From Cyanophyceae cyanobacterium (lineage in GTDB: Bacteria > Cyanobacteriota > Cyanobacteriia > Cyanobacteriales > Laspinemataceae), in contig JBBQFN010000007.1 of assembly GCA_038321985.1 (NCBI GenBank), positions 128,001 to 192,000 of the forward strand: a DNA stretch of 64,000 nucleotides, written 5' to 3'. A model generated the notes under the pieces. That model saw nothing but the letters and a program-made list of their open reading frames with translations, searched no databases and had not been told where the DNA came from. The position numbers were made by a program, and so were the translations under genes. Shown one piece after another: positions 1 through 11,004 of the stretch. How positions within the stretch are numbered: position 1 is the stretch's first letter; each line of letters begins with the position of its first letter.

Positions 1-376
1 CCTCTTCTGGTTCTTCTTCTATCCACCATCGAAATAATGTAGGTTCTTCCTCATTGTTAATCGTGACCAGGATTAAACTTTCACCATAAGCATTAACAAA
101 TGAAGCCCGACAAAACCCCATTCCAGTTCCCGAACAGTCCTCAAATTCAGGATAGTCTAACTCATTAATCATTCGCTCTAACGACCCCGATAATAAATCG
201 TTTGAGTTGGGATTTTGGTAATTAATCTGCCATCCTTCGTCTAAAATAAATTCTCTAGCTTCGCTGTAAGGCATAGACTGATGCAAATTACTAGGAACTT
301 CTTGGGTGACTCCCGTGAAGGGCAAAAACACAATATTTAGAGCCAGTGCAATTCCTGAAAAAATCGTGTGACGCAT
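1..376 (-). CDS. Hypothetical exported protein, 3' end truncated by the window edge
   Basis: ATG at 376 reads MRHTIFSGIALALNIVFLPF (signal-like), then QSMPYSEARELILDEGWQ...DCSGTGMGFCRASF. The frame stays open to base 1, so it is absent from the ORF track. Confidence 0.75.
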   Translation of the reverse strand, partial: MRHTIFSGIALALNIVFLPFTGVTQEVPSNLHQSMPYSEAREFILDEGWQINYQNPNSNDLLSGSLERMINELDYPEFEDCSGTGMGFCRASFVNAYGESLILVTINNEEEPTLFRWWIEEEPEE

Positions 377-567
377 GAGATTACTTTCCTTTTGGGGGAC
401 AATCTGACAAAAGAAATTCTCCCTTTGCTAACAGTGTAAGGTGCAAAAATATGTACCCTAGGGCTTCAAAAGGAGAATTTATTAGGGGTTCAGTTAACGG
501 TTATTACTGAATCTTTTTCTAAAGTAAAACCCTACAAGTTTTGAGCGCGGATCTTTCCTCTAGAATT

Positions 568-1671
568 TTACCGCCCGGAAAGGGCCGGCTCTAACCCTAA
601 AATAGACAGCAGACGGTCTACGTCAAAATGCTCTGACATGAGTTTTCGCATAAATTCCACTTTAATTGGTTCATGTAGGCGGACTTTACCGAAAGTCTCT
701 TCGATAATTTCTACCGTTTTCAGAGTGTCTAGGTCAACGGATAAAACTGGAACCTCGACCTCTTCAGCCCGACTTAGAATCATCGGGGTTGGAGGCATAT
801 GTCCGGTGAGAATTAAACATTGGGTGGAAGTTTCGAGGGCGGCAAGTTGTAGTTCTGAGCGATCGCCTCCGGTAATCACCGCCATGTTTTGAGCTTGGGA
901 GAAATACTTTAAAGCTGAGTTGACATTCATCGCCCCAATTTTCAGGGTTTCTACCATCAAATCTAGGCGATCGGGACGGCAGAGCACTTCTGCATTCAGC
1001 CGTTGCACCAACTCTCGAACGCTGACACTGCGAAGCAGATTGCTTCTCGGCAGCAAACCAAAAACGCGAATTCCTTCTTCTTCCAGAAACGGACGCAGAA
1101 TCGTCGAGGCACTAGGGAGGACTTCTTCGGGAATATCCGTGAGGACGACCCCGAGGAGGCGATCGCCTAAGCGGTCCTGTACCGATAGCAGTTCCCCTAC
1201 ATCTAGCATCGAGTGGAATCGAGCTACCAACAAAACCGAAGCCTCTATCAAGGTGGCGACTTTAGGCACAGAAAGATTAAATAACCGGCCTTGATCTAAG
1301 GTCCCAGCCCCCTCCAAAATCGTCAAGTCTCCCCCGATTTGTTGCAACGAGTTCACCAGAGTCTCGGAGTAGTCAATTTGACCGATTCCTTGCAAGCGGT
1401 TTTCCACGGTGTCCGCATCCAAAAATAGCAGGGTCTCACCCAGACGGTTATTTGGTAGATTCAAGGTTTTGGCTAAAAATCGATGGTCCTCATCAATCCC
1501 GTCATTTGCTGATTCGCTGAAACAGGTTCCCAGGGGTTTAGAATACGCAATATCGAGACCTTTGGCTTGGAATTGCTGCGCCATGCCTAGGATAATCGAT
1601 GATTTCCCGCTATAAGGCCGAGTTGATCCGATCGCAAGATATTTAGATGTTGGTTTGGCAGATGGTGGCAC
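568..1671 (-). CDS. Phosphotransacetylase-family protein (BioD-like N-terminus + DRTGG domain, no Pta catalytic domain)
   Basis: P-loop-like GSTRPYSGKS, KPLG, LEGAG and the DRTGG region ITGGDRSELQLAALE. 367 aa. Confidence 0.88.
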   Translation of the reverse strand: MPPSAKPTSKYLAIGSTRPYSGKSSIILGMAQQFQAKGLDIAYSKPLGTCFSESANDGIDEDHRFLAKTLNLPNNRLGETLLFLDADTVENRLQGIGQIDYSETLVNSLQQIGGDLTILEGAGTLDQGRLFNLSVPKVATLIEASVLLVARFHSMLDVGELLSVQDRLGDRLLGVVLTDIPEEVLPSASTILRPFLEEEGIRVFGLLPRSNLLRSVSVRELVQRLNAEVLCRPDRLDLMVETLKIGAMNVNSALKYFSQAQNMAVITGGDRSELQLAALETSTQCLILTGHMPPTPMILSRAEEVEVPVLSVDLDTLKTVEIIEETFGKVRLHEPIKVEFMRKLMSEHFDVDRLLSILGLEPALSGR

Positions 1672-1857
1672 GCGCTCACTCCCTATTCTCGTGTGTGGAT
1701 AGTCAGGTTGGATTTTGGCGGCAATAAGGTAGGCGTCGGCATTACAGCAGCAGGATTACCCCAGGGGTTGCTACGGAATTAGAGGCGCTCATCCCTCATC
1801 CGCTCCTAAGCTGTCGCAGTGGCGACTGCCCCCTCATGCTAGTAGTTAGTCTTTATT

Positions 1858-2238
1858 CTAATCATCTAGTAGCAGCAGTTTCCGATAGAAGCCTTTAGAA
1901 AAATCCACCAAGTGATGCCGCTTATGACTGATAATCACATCGATTAAGTGGTCAATAAACTCAAAATTTGCCATTGTCACTTCATAACTGAGGTCGGCAT
2001 TCCCATCAAACTGGATGCGGCAACGGGTGAGATCCGCAGGGAGAGAGGAAACGTGCCAGCTTGCCACAAATGGAATATTTTCACCGCCTTCTATTTTGCG
2101 CTCCCCCTCCAAATTGCCTTGGCGATAGAGGCTAATCGCTCTCGGTAACACCGCTCGCTTATTGCCTTGGTAGTAAGGCACATATACCCCTATTTCCCGA
2201 TTGTCAGCAGGCTGAAGTTGATCGAGGTTATTACCCAT
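1858..2238 (-). CDS. ebsA: Type IV pilus biogenesis / biofilm-suppression protein EbsA
   Basis: LQPA..IGVYVPYYQGNKR.VLP.AISLY.QG.LEGERKIEGG; 126 aa, cyanobacteria-specific; lies next to the DRTGG gene. Confidence 0.82.
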   Translation of the reverse strand: MGNNLDQLQPADNREIGVYVPYYQGNKRAVLPRAISLYRQGNLEGERKIEGGENIPFVASWHVSSLPADLTRCRIQFDGNADLSYEVTMANFEFIDHLIDVIISHKRHHLVDFSKGFYRKLLLLDD

Positions 2239-2802
2239 GCTCGCTGCTCCTTCTAGTCCAGTATCAATAAAAAGTGTAGTGGAGAAGGGGTGAGGGAAAT
2301 TGAATTCTTCAGGTCATGATTCCTGTAATTTCATCCTCAACTCTAGCGATTGTTGAACTCCGATCGCCCTTGTCCAGACACAGACTCTCTTGGCAAGGGA
2401 GTTGGGGAGAGGTCTCTTGTTGTGATTTGCGAACAAAATCAAGACCCAGAGGAGGGGACCAGATGAGGGTGTCGGCGTTTCTCTGACTTAGAAGACGGAA
2501 TCTTGCCCAATTGCAGCAACGAGTTAGAAAAATAACAATCAGGGATACAATAAAACAACATTAAGGTTTCTCTAAGCTCCCAGCAATCCAGTTTTGTCTT
2601 GCTTTTAAGCGGTAGAGACCGGATCCCTAAAATTCCCAATCGTGAGCAGCAGTCTGTCCGCGATCGCCAGGACCCGATTAGCATTTCCAATCCCCTAGGG
2701 GATAACTTGGCGCAGGACTAACGACTGCAATCACTGCCACGGTCTGGGGTCTGGCTGCTTAGAAACCACTGAACCTGTATTGCTTTTTTAACTAAGTAAA
2801 CT

Positions 2803-4224
2803 ATGCCGGCGAATTCCTGGCCCGAAAACAATTCCTTTGAGGAATTCGAGCCTCTTCATTCGATTTTGTCTGCCTTTGAAAACTCTGATGAGGTAGAAGA
2901 CTTTTCCTATCGGGGGTATCTAGGTCGCCGACGTAAAGCGGCGTTCTTGCTGTTGGGGATTTGCATTCTCACCCTGGCACTGCATCTTTTTTCCTGGGGA
3001 TATTGGCTGGTGTTGGGCTTTACCGGACTCTTAGGACTCCATGGGATTCGGATTGCCCGGGCCAGAGTATTCCCTACCCCACAACCCCTAGACCCGGAAA
3101 ACCGGGAACACTGGCCGCAAGTTTCCTTGCTAGTGGCGGCTAAAAACGAAGAAGCCGTAATTAGTAAGCTGATTGATGTCCTGTGCAATCTGGATTACCC
3201 GCGCGATCGCTATGAAGTTTGGGCGATCGACGATAACAGTAGCGATCGCACCCCAGAAGTGTTAAAGCAACTGGCCCAAAAATATGACAACCTCAATGTG
3301 TTTCGGCGTTCTGGGGACGCGACTGGGGGAAAATCTGGGGCGCTCAATCAAGTCATCCCTCTGACCCACGGGGAATTTCTAGGGGTATTTGATGCCGATG
3401 CTCAAGTCTCCCCGGATTTTCTGCAAAGGGTCCTGCCGACGTTCCATCCGCCCCAAGTGGGGGCCGTGCAGATGCGAAAGGCGATCGCCAATCCCTCGGT
3501 CAATTTCTGGACGCGCGGGCAAGTGGCAGAAATGGCTCTGGATAGCTATTTCCAGCAGCAGCGTATCGCCCTCGGTGGCATTGGTGAACTGCGCGGTAAC
3601 GGCCAATTTATCCGTCGTCAAGCCCTCGATCGCTGTGGAGGTTTCAATGAAGAAACCATCACCGATGACCTGGATTTGACCATGCGTCTACATTTGGACC
3701 GTTGGGATGTCCAATTTATCACCGTCCCAGTCAAAGAGGAGGGAGTCACCCGTGCTCAGGCACTGTGGCATCAACGCAATCGCTGGGGAGAAGGGGGGTA
3801 TCAGCGCTATTTAGACTATTGGCGGCTGATTTTCAGCGATCGCCTGCCCCTAAACAAATCCGGGGATATGTTCGCCTTTTGGATTATCCAATATTTCCTC
3901 CCAGCAGCGGCAATTCCCGATTTGATCCTGGCGATCGCCCTCAAACGTCTCCCCATTTACAGCCCCTTGACCACCCTTGCCATGAGTCTTTCCCTCGTGG
4001 GAATGTTTATTGGTCTAAGGCGCATCGAACGGGAAACCCATGCAACTATCAAATCTCGCCGGACTCCGGCGATCGGGACCTTAATCCAAACCCTGCGCGG
4101 TATTCTTTATATGCTGCACTGGCTGGTGGTGATTTCCAGTATCACCTTGCGGATTTCTGTCCGTCCTAAACGGCTTAAATGGGTCAAAACCGTTCATCAA
4201 GGCACTGGAGAAATACCCGCGTAA
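2803..4224 (+). CDS. mgdA: GT2 monoglucosyldiacylglycerol synthase
   Basis: MPANSWP N-terminus; GT2 motifs DDNSSD, GKSGALN, FDADA, TDDLD, QRNRW; flanking TM helices. Confidence 0.85.
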   Translation: MPANSWPENNSFEEFEPLHSILSAFENSDEVEDFSYRGYLGRRRKAAFLLLGICILTLALHLFSWGYWLVLGFTGLLGLHGIRIARARVFPTPQPLDPENREHWPQVSLLVAAKNEEAVISKLIDVLCNLDYPRDRYEVWAIDDNSSDRTPEVLKQLAQKYDNLNVFRRSGDATGGKSGALNQVIPLTHGEFLGVFDADAQVSPDFLQRVLPTFHPPQVGAVQMRKAIANPSVNFWTRGQVAEMALDSYFQQQRIALGGIGELRGNGQFIRRQALDRCGGFNEETITDDLDLTMRLHLDRWDVQFITVPVKEEGVTRAQALWHQRNRWGEGGYQRYLDYWRLIFSDRLPLNKSGDMFAFWIIQYFLPAAAIPDLILAIALKRLPIYSPLTTLAMSLSLVGMFIGLRRIERETHATIKSRRTPAIGTLIQTLRGILYMLHWLVVISSITLRISVRPKRLKWVKTVHQGTGEIPA

Positions 4225-4318
4225 TTTCCCTCCCGAGGCGCGTATCCCTCCTCCTGACTCGGGGTCGGGTTTCCCCGTGAGAGATTGTTTATCCAAAATC
4301 CAATAGACCCCGTAACCT

Positions 4319-4385
4319 AGAAACCGGGTTTCTGAATAGATATTTGAGTCATAACCTGACCCATTTTCTTAGAAACCCGGTTTCT
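4319..4385. repeat. Pair of 15-bp REP-like palindromes AGAAACC(G/C)GGTTTCT between convergent mgdA and dnaX
   Basis: agaaaccgggtttct at 4319-4333 and its reverse complement agaaacccggtttct at 4371-4385. Confidence 0.8.
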
Positions 4386-4412
4386 TTGCGTCAGTTGTCC
4401 TAAAAATTCCCC

Positions 4413-6566
4413 TCAAAAATCCAATCCCCCGAAAGGATCATCGTCTAATTCAGGCTGACTGGGGCTATCTGTAAACTTATCGACTTCCCCCTCCAGGGAT
4501 ATGGGAGTCTGAACATCCCAGGTATGACTCGATTCTGTCTCTGTTGTCCTATCCCTTGCCTTTGCCTGCGGGTCATCCGGGAGGGGAATTAATTTTCCAT
4601 TAAAATGATTGCTAAATCGTTGAGCAGCGAGCATTACCTCATCTTCATCGGTCTGCTCATTCCGTGGAATATCCCGTTTTCCGGACGCGCCAACGGACAC
4701 TGGAGGGCGGTTTTCTTGCCCTCTACCCGTCTCAATTCGGGAGTCAGGAGTGGGGGGTTGACTGGGTGAATTCCCGGCACTGGGTGGACCTTGCGGGGCG
4801 AAGTTTGCCTGTCCATTGCCAATTGGAGCAGCCGGTGGCTCCACCCTTGCTGCTGGGGGTTCTGAATGGCTAGGGGCGATCGCTCCAGAAGCCGGAGGAG
4901 GTGCCTCCCCAGACACCTGAATCATCACTTTGACTCGGAGATTAAACGCCTTAAAAAAGGCTGCTTCCATTTCAGATACCTTACTCTGAGCCATCTTAAA
5001 AAGGTTCGGTGAACGAATGGCAATATGAGCCTGATGGTTACTGAACTCAATCAGCCGTCCATGTTGATTCAACAGGGCTTTACTGCCTAGAGAAAGGTAT
5101 TGCAGCAAGGTTTGCCAGGTTTGTTCGAGGTTACCACTTGGTTCTACAGCCGCCGGTTCCGGGTTCCCAGACCCCTGAATCGGTGCCGATGCCGGGGGAG
5201 AGCTAGGGCGATTCTCCTGGGGAGATGCTTCGCCAACGCCTCCGGATGGTGACCCCGAATTCCCGGAGTCCATCCCTGGGGGGTTTCTCCGGTCGATTCT
5301 CTGGGATTCTGGTCCCTGTGTAGTTGCAGACTGGGTTGCTGTCTCCGTTGACGGAGTGCGTGGCGGTGGTGAAGTCGGAGTGACGGAAGGAGATTGCCCG
5401 GGTGATGCCAAATTTCCACCCCCTCGACTGGGGGCTGAACCCGATGCTTCCTGCCTGCCCTGACTTGGCGTAATTAAAGCAGAGGGTAATAATCCCAACA
5501 GGGTCACCTCTAACCACAAGCGAGGCTGAGTGGTATTTTTAATTTGGGCTTCGCTGCTGCGTAAATGTTCTTGACCCGCTAAAATGGCTGGCATTTCCCA
5601 TTGCTGCGCCACTGCACACAACTGTTCCCAAGTCGGAGGCGTAACGGCGACCAAATCTTGACGATGGGGGGCGGTGTGAGCAATTAATAAATCTCGATAA
5701 AACCCGGCCAAATTTTGTAAAACAATCAGAGGTTCTCGACCCCGATTCATCAATTCTCGGACTTTATCAAGAACTTGTTCAGCATTATCAGCGGCGATCG
5801 CCTCCAACAACTGAATCAAATCTCGCTCCGGGACCGAACCCACCAAATCCCAAACCCGTTCTACCGTAACCTGTTCTTCCAGCAAGGAAAGCTGGTCCAG
5901 TAGGCTTTCTGCATCCCGGAGTCCCCCCTGAGCAATTTGAGCGACCGTCAGTACCGCCTCATCACTGATATTAATCGTTTCCTTGCCAGCAATATGCTTA
6001 AGATGATCCACCATTGCTGTAACCGGAATGCGTCGAAAATCAAATCGCTGACAACGAGAAATAATCGTGGGTAAAACTCGTTGGGGGTCAGTGGTTGCTA
6101 ATACAAATACTACCCGATCCGGCGGTTCTTCTAAGGTCTTGAGCAGCGCATTGAAAGCTGCTGTACTGAGCATATGAACTTCATCTATAATGTAAACTTT
6201 ATAGCGACTTTGTACCGGGGAAAATTGGACTCGTTCGATGAGTTCACGAATGTTATCCACCCCCGTATTACTGGCAGCGTCAATCTCAATAGTGTCTAAT
6301 GAGCTGCCTCTAGCAATGGTGCGGCAAACTTCACATTGACCGCAGGGGGTCTCGGTGGGCCCGTTGGTGTTGAGGCAGTTGAGGGATTTGGCGAGAATAC
6401 GGGCGCTAGAAGTCTTGCCGGTGCCTCTGGGTCCGGTAAACAGATAGGCGGGTGCGATTCTATTTTGGCGAATCGCGTTCGTCAGGGTGGTGGCGATCGC
6501 CTCTTGTCCCACCAAATCAGCAAAGGTTTGGGGGCGATATTTGTGGTGTAGCGGTTCGTATGGCAT
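4413..6566 (-). CDS. dnaX: DNA polymerase III subunit gamma/tau, intein-free
   Basis: HKYRPQTF, GPRGTGKT, zinc-binding cysteines, EIDAAS, DEVHML, SRC motifs; long Pro/Ser-rich C-terminal linkers. Confidence 0.97.
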   Translation of the reverse strand: MPYEPLHHKYRPQTFADLVGQEAIATTLTNAIRQNRIAPAYLFTGPRGTGKTSSARILAKSLNCLNTNGPTETPCGQCEVCRTIARGSSLDTIEIDAASNTGVDNIRELIERVQFSPVQSRYKVYIIDEVHMLSTAAFNALLKTLEEPPDRVVFVLATTDPQRVLPTIISRCQRFDFRRIPVTAMVDHLKHIAGKETINISDEAVLTVAQIAQGGLRDAESLLDQLSLLEEQVTVERVWDLVGSVPERDLIQLLEAIAADNAEQVLDKVRELMNRGREPLIVLQNLAGFYRDLLIAHTAPHRQDLVAVTPPTWEQLCAVAQQWEMPAILAGQEHLRSSEAQIKNTTQPRLWLEVTLLGLLPSALITPSQGRQEASGSAPSRGGGNLASPGQSPSVTPTSPPPRTPSTETATQSATTQGPESQRIDRRNPPGMDSGNSGSPSGGVGEASPQENRPSSPPASAPIQGSGNPEPAAVEPSGNLEQTWQTLLQYLSLGSKALLNQHGRLIEFSNHQAHIAIRSPNLFKMAQSKVSEMEAAFFKAFNLRVKVMIQVSGEAPPPASGAIAPSHSEPPAARVEPPAAPIGNGQANFAPQGPPSAGNSPSQPPTPDSRIETGRGQENRPPVSVGASGKRDIPRNEQTDEDEVMLAAQRFSNHFNGKLIPLPDDPQAKARDRTTETESSHTWDVQTPISLEGEVDKFTDSPSQPELDDDPFGGLDF

Positions 6567-7197
6567 GGATGAGGAAAAATATCAGCAGACAATAGACAAT
6601 TAATGTTGAATCATAGAGGCAATGGCCGTTTTAACCCCAAAGCCAGGAATAACCGCAGCTAGAGAGACCTCTGGGGTTAGGGAGAGGCCGTAAATATCCA
6701 CAGAAGGCGCGATCGCCCCTCCAGTATTCCCCAGTTTCTACTCATTCCCCTCTAAACCCACTCCCGGTTGCAACCTGTCGTTTTTAACCCTAAATCCGGC
6801 TCCCCTCTGCGGTTTTAGGGGAGGGGGTTCGAGGTAAAGGGTCTAGTCCAGTTCTCAATTTCGACTAGAGTTGATCTGTGAAAAATTTGCATTTTTTTTA
6901 CCGAGGGAAAAAGGCTCCCAATCTGCGATTTTAAAGGGAAAAGCACTAATCCCCACTCTAAAATAGAATAGCACTGGCCTATTGGCTTCTTACCCATTTC
7001 GATAGATATGCGCGATACAGAACACATATTAGGATTGGGCAGGAAACCCTCCAGATGCACCAGGGCTAGCCCAGACTCGGGAGGGAGGATGTTGATAAGA
7101 TTGCAAGAGCTACGCAAGTCAGCAGCGGAAAAATGCAGTAATTCTTCGGACAGGGCAACGTGCAAGGGATCCGCAGGGACACAGGGATGGGGTTTAG

Positions 7198-8502
7198 ATG
7201 ATGCAGTTCATGCAAAGGGTTGTAAAAACTTTAGGCCGAATCCGTCAGCAGCTCATCCAGTTGTGGCAACAATGGCTTTACAGACTGTGGCCTCAGTCGT
7301 TCCCCAAAAATCCGAAAAGTCGAGTTCAGCAAACGACCAAACCTCTATCGGCGGCAGAGTACGAATTTCTGTTTTCTGAATTACTCGATGGGGTACATCG
7401 AGGGTGGAGTCAGGCCCAGGTTACCCAATTTCTGAAAGAAATCGGGCCAGAGTCTTCGGTTAACGGGGAGGGTTTTGTCAAGGGTTGGGGGGTTGAGGGG
7501 TCGGAAAATCAGGCGTATGTGCTCTGGTTGCAGGAGTTTGGCACTCGCCTCCTTAATTCCCCAGTGCCGAATCAGGAATTGGCAAGGCGCATGGTGGGGT
7601 TGGGAGAGCTAAATTGTGGCAAACTCTCAGCCGTGGCTGGAGAAATTGGTCAAAATTTGCTCGATCGCAACACTCCAGCGCAATCTCAACCTGAAGCACT
7701 CCCCCCTAAGCCGGAATTTCCCTCAGAATTCAGCCTAAAACAGTATTTGCAACTTGGACATACCCACCTCGATCGCCGTCAATATCCTTCAGCTTTAACC
7801 ACCTTTGAGCAAGCTGCAAAGCAGTGTCCGAAGCACCCAGAAGTCTTATATGGTTTAGGGTTAGTCTGTCACCGAATGGGACTCTATGAAGAAGCGATCG
7901 CCCATTTAACAGAGGCATTGGAACAGAATCCTGAGTTTGTAGCGGCCCTGACTCAACGGGGGTTGGCATATAAGGCCGTAGATGATTTAGACCCAGCCAA
8001 GGCGGATTTTGAGGGCGCTGTAGCCATTAAACCGCGATCGCCCCAGGAGTGCTGTGCTAGAGGCAAAGCCCTGATGCAGTTAGAGCAACAGTCCGAGGCG
8101 ATCGCCGCTTATGAACAAGCACTAGAAAACAATCCAGAGTCTCATCACGGCTGGTATGACTGGGGAAATGTCCTTTATGACTTGCAGCGTTACTCTGAGG
8201 CGATCGCGGCTTATGACAAAGCCTTGGAACTACAACCGCACTATGCAGCGGCTTGGTTTAATCGTGGGGCCGCCTTGGGGAACCTGCACCGTTATGCTGA
8301 GGCGATCGCCGCTTTCGAGAAACTCTTAGAAATCCAGTCCCATGATTATCATGGCTGGTTGTGCCTAGGTCAAACCCTGGAACGGTTAAATCGGATTCAG
8401 GAGGCGATCGCGGCTTATGAACGTGCCTTGCAACTTCGACCCGATGACCCCATAGCCTGGAGATACCGCAACGCGGCACTCACCCTCACTAAAAAAAGCT
8501 AG
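7198..8502 (+). CDS. Tetratricopeptide-repeat protein
   Basis: About 7 34-aa repeats of the type EAIAAY(E/D)xALE, W..RG..L..L. Confidence 0.9.
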   Translation: MMQFMQRVVKTLGRIRQQLIQLWQQWLYRLWPQSFPKNPKSRVQQTTKPLSAAEYEFLFSELLDGVHRGWSQAQVTQFLKEIGPESSVNGEGFVKGWGVEGSENQAYVLWLQEFGTRLLNSPVPNQELARRMVGLGELNCGKLSAVAGEIGQNLLDRNTPAQSQPEALPPKPEFPSEFSLKQYLQLGHTHLDRRQYPSALTTFEQAAKQCPKHPEVLYGLGLVCHRMGLYEEAIAHLTEALEQNPEFVAALTQRGLAYKAVDDLDPAKADFEGAVAIKPRSPQECCARGKALMQLEQQSEAIAAYEQALENNPESHHGWYDWGNVLYDLQRYSEAIAAYDKALELQPHYAAAWFNRGAALGNLHRYAEAIAAFEKLLEIQSHDYHGWLCLGQTLERLNRIQEAIAAYERALQLRPDDPIAWRYRNAALTLTKKS

Positions 8503-8627
8503 GAAGGCGATTGGCCTAACCTAGCTTTTCCCCGGAGGGACCAGGACGTATTATTTAACCGGACATCACGGTTCACGAGGCTGCAAAGACCTCAACCCTC
8601 ACCAGACGCATCACCGGCGATCCCCGG

Positions 8628-9035
8628 TTAACCCGTACCCTGGTTCGTGTTTTCATGGGAGTGGACCCGACCTAGGGGGGAACTCGGTATCCCGTGTCCT
8701 TCTTGGGCGTACCGTTGCCAGAGTTGAGCTAAATCTTGAGCTTGTCCCTGGAACTCCGGATGAACCTGATACATTCGTCTCGGTCGTCCCCGGCCTTCAA
8801 CCTTTTTCCAATAACCCTTAATGACTCTTTCATTTTCTAAAAATTTCAGAGCGCTGTAGAGTACCGTGTCCGAAAGTCGATAGGCCGGATATTCCCGCTC
8901 TAATTGCTGAATTAGTTCCGTGCCATAGGAGTCACCCGCCAATAAAACTGACAGAACATAACACACCGTCAGTTCTTTATTCAGATAAATGGGCGGAGGG
9001 TTTTGAAAAAAGTCATAGATCTCTTCAAAATTCAT
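8628..9035 (-). CDS. pex: PadR-family circadian period-extender Pex
   Basis: MNFEEIYDFFQNPPPIYLNKEL..CYVLSVLL..DSYGTELIQ...YRLSDTVLYSALKFL...GRGRPRRMY; ATG at 9035. Confidence 0.88.
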   Translation of the reverse strand: MNFEEIYDFFQNPPPIYLNKELTVCYVLSVLLAGDSYGTELIQQLEREYPAYRLSDTVLYSALKFLENERVIKGYWKKVEGRGRPRRMYQVHPEFQGQAQDLAQLWQRYAQEGHGIPSSPLGRVHSHENTNQGTG

Positions 9036-10347
9036 TTGAGTTACCCGCTGAATGCCCGTTAAAATACCAATTGATACAGGAATTGACGCCCTGAAAATTT
9101 GACGTTTCAATCTATTTCTCCCTCGGTTGAGGGGTTAAAAATCTACAGTTCAAAGTCAACTCAAAGTTAACCCGGATACCGTCCCGAGCGTCGGGAAGAT
9201 TTTTGATTCAGTTCCTTTGGTCTAGATGCATTGCTTGATGAAACTGCAAAAGAATACAGTTGAGCGGCAAAGCCTGAATAACAATTAGGCTGCATCCCTA
9301 GCCTGAAATACAATAGGAGTACCTGCAAGAAGTAGATCCAGACTATTGTCAGGCAATCTCTGTTGCAGCAAGTTACAAATAACTCCCCACAACAACAGCA
9401 CAAAAGGATCATGAAACCCTGTCTGATTACCGGACTCCGGTTCAGGCGAATTTCATTTAGAGTCGCCCCGTAAAAATTTACCGGCTGACTGGTAAAACAC
9501 CCTCTCTCAAATTTTTTTATACAGACTCATTCTGATGAAATCAGCGAAAGTCAGCACCCAAATAAAATAAATACAACTTTTGCCAACTTGAACGCCGGAA
9601 CGAAAATGATGAAAAATCATCTCCGATGGCAAGCCCGCCCTGATTTGTTAGTAGTAATGTGCACCCGTTTTGATACGCAATCTGACTGAGGAATGCATAA
9701 CCAACACCTGAGACTGTTTGGGTTTGTCTCTCGTTCAGTCGGCTGAATTGACTCAGGGGAAAGACTGGTTTATTCTCTCTAACCTGAGCGCACCCTTTCT
9801 CTTCATTCGGCCAACTTGAACAATCAATTCCCGGTTTAATCTCTAGATTTTCAATGTTGTCGAGTCGGTGTTAACCCATCACCCCGAAAGTCTGTTGCTT
9901 TAACCTATTGGGGCATTGTACCCCGATTTCTAGGAAAATCTTGGCAGTTAGGGGGGATGGGGTTAAGGTGGTTACGGGCGATCGCCATCCTCTTCTAGGG
10001 TCAAAGTCAAGTTCGACAGAAAATTTGCCTTTGTTGCACCGCAATTTAAAACACTTCCAATAAGATGGTGCTTACACAAAGCGTTTAAAAAACCCCCACT
10101 GCTAGAAATTTTCCCCATCAGGAATGGGGCGATCGCCTGCCTATAAGGTGGCATTCTCAATGGGCTGACGTGTTTTTATGCTTTTTTGTTCTCTATTTTT
10201 CTTTACAAGTTAATTTAAAATAAACAGGGCTAATCCGCAATTGCACCCCGATATCATGGGGCAACGGTAATCAGGCAGTGCATTGGTCTATGATTGAGCA
10301 AGAGCCGATCAATCTCAACGCTCCAAAACGGTAACTGCGTTCTCCGT

Positions 10348-10950
10348 ATGTCAAATAATACAGACTTTAAAGCACTTCCACCCCCCGTCCAGCGCGTCAT
10401 CCCTGCGTTACGCAGAGTCGGCTGGATCAGTTTTTGGATACAGTTAGTTCTAGCTGTTGTTGCGGGACTAATTTTCTTATTTGCAATTTTGATTGAAAGT
10501 CCTGCACCTCGTGAAGCCGTCAGAACGAGTAATGTGGGAATTGGCCCGGGGATTTTCTTTGCAATTCTCGGACTGGTTTCCCTAGGATTAAGTATTTATT
10601 GGGCTTTTCGCTATACTCGCTTATCTCAACAGCTAGGTTCAGTCAATTCCAAACTACGCCCCCGCAGAGCGGATACGCTGAAAATGGTACGTCAGGGCCT
10701 GATGGTGAATTTGGCCGGGATGACCTTTACCCTGCTGGCGGCAGAAGCCATTGGCGGAATCCTCCTGGCAAAGGCACTCAAGTATCAAGGGGGTGGTTCC
10801 CTAGTCACCGCCCTGCGCCCACAAGATTTCATTCAAGCGTTGGATATTTTTGTGGTGTTGGCAAATACACATACGATTGTGGCCCACTTTATTGGGATTA
10901 TCACGGGACTGTGGTTGCTCAACTGGATCGAGAGCCAGGGTCAAGTGTAA
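10348..10950 (+). CDS. DUF3611-family membrane protein
   Basis: RRVGWISFWIQLVL, NLAGM..TLL, ALDIFVVLANT..IVAHF.G; four TM helices; ATG at 10348. Confidence 0.8.
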   Translation: MSNNTDFKALPPPVQRVIPALRRVGWISFWIQLVLAVVAGLIFLFAILIESPAPREAVRTSNVGIGPGIFFAILGLVSLGLSIYWAFRYTRLSQQLGSVNSKLRPRRADTLKMVRQGLMVNLAGMTFTLLAAEAIGGILLAKALKYQGGGSLVTALRPQDFIQALDIFVVLANTHTIVAHFIGIITGLWLLNWIESQGQV

Positions 10951-11004
10951 CCCGGAAACCATCGTCCCCAGGGCCAGGTGGGGTTGAGGTTTTATCCCCT
11001 AGGG

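Noticed and set aside
4413..6566. E. coli-type -1 frameshift producing the gamma subunit
   Set aside because: I did not find an A-AAA-AAG slippery site with a downstream hairpin on the coding strand.
9167..9412. Cys-rich 81-aa ORF (MILLCCCCG...) as a metallothionein or RiPP precursor
   Set aside because: The Cys run comes from a low-complexity TGT/TGC tract; no family pattern and no modifying enzymes nearby.
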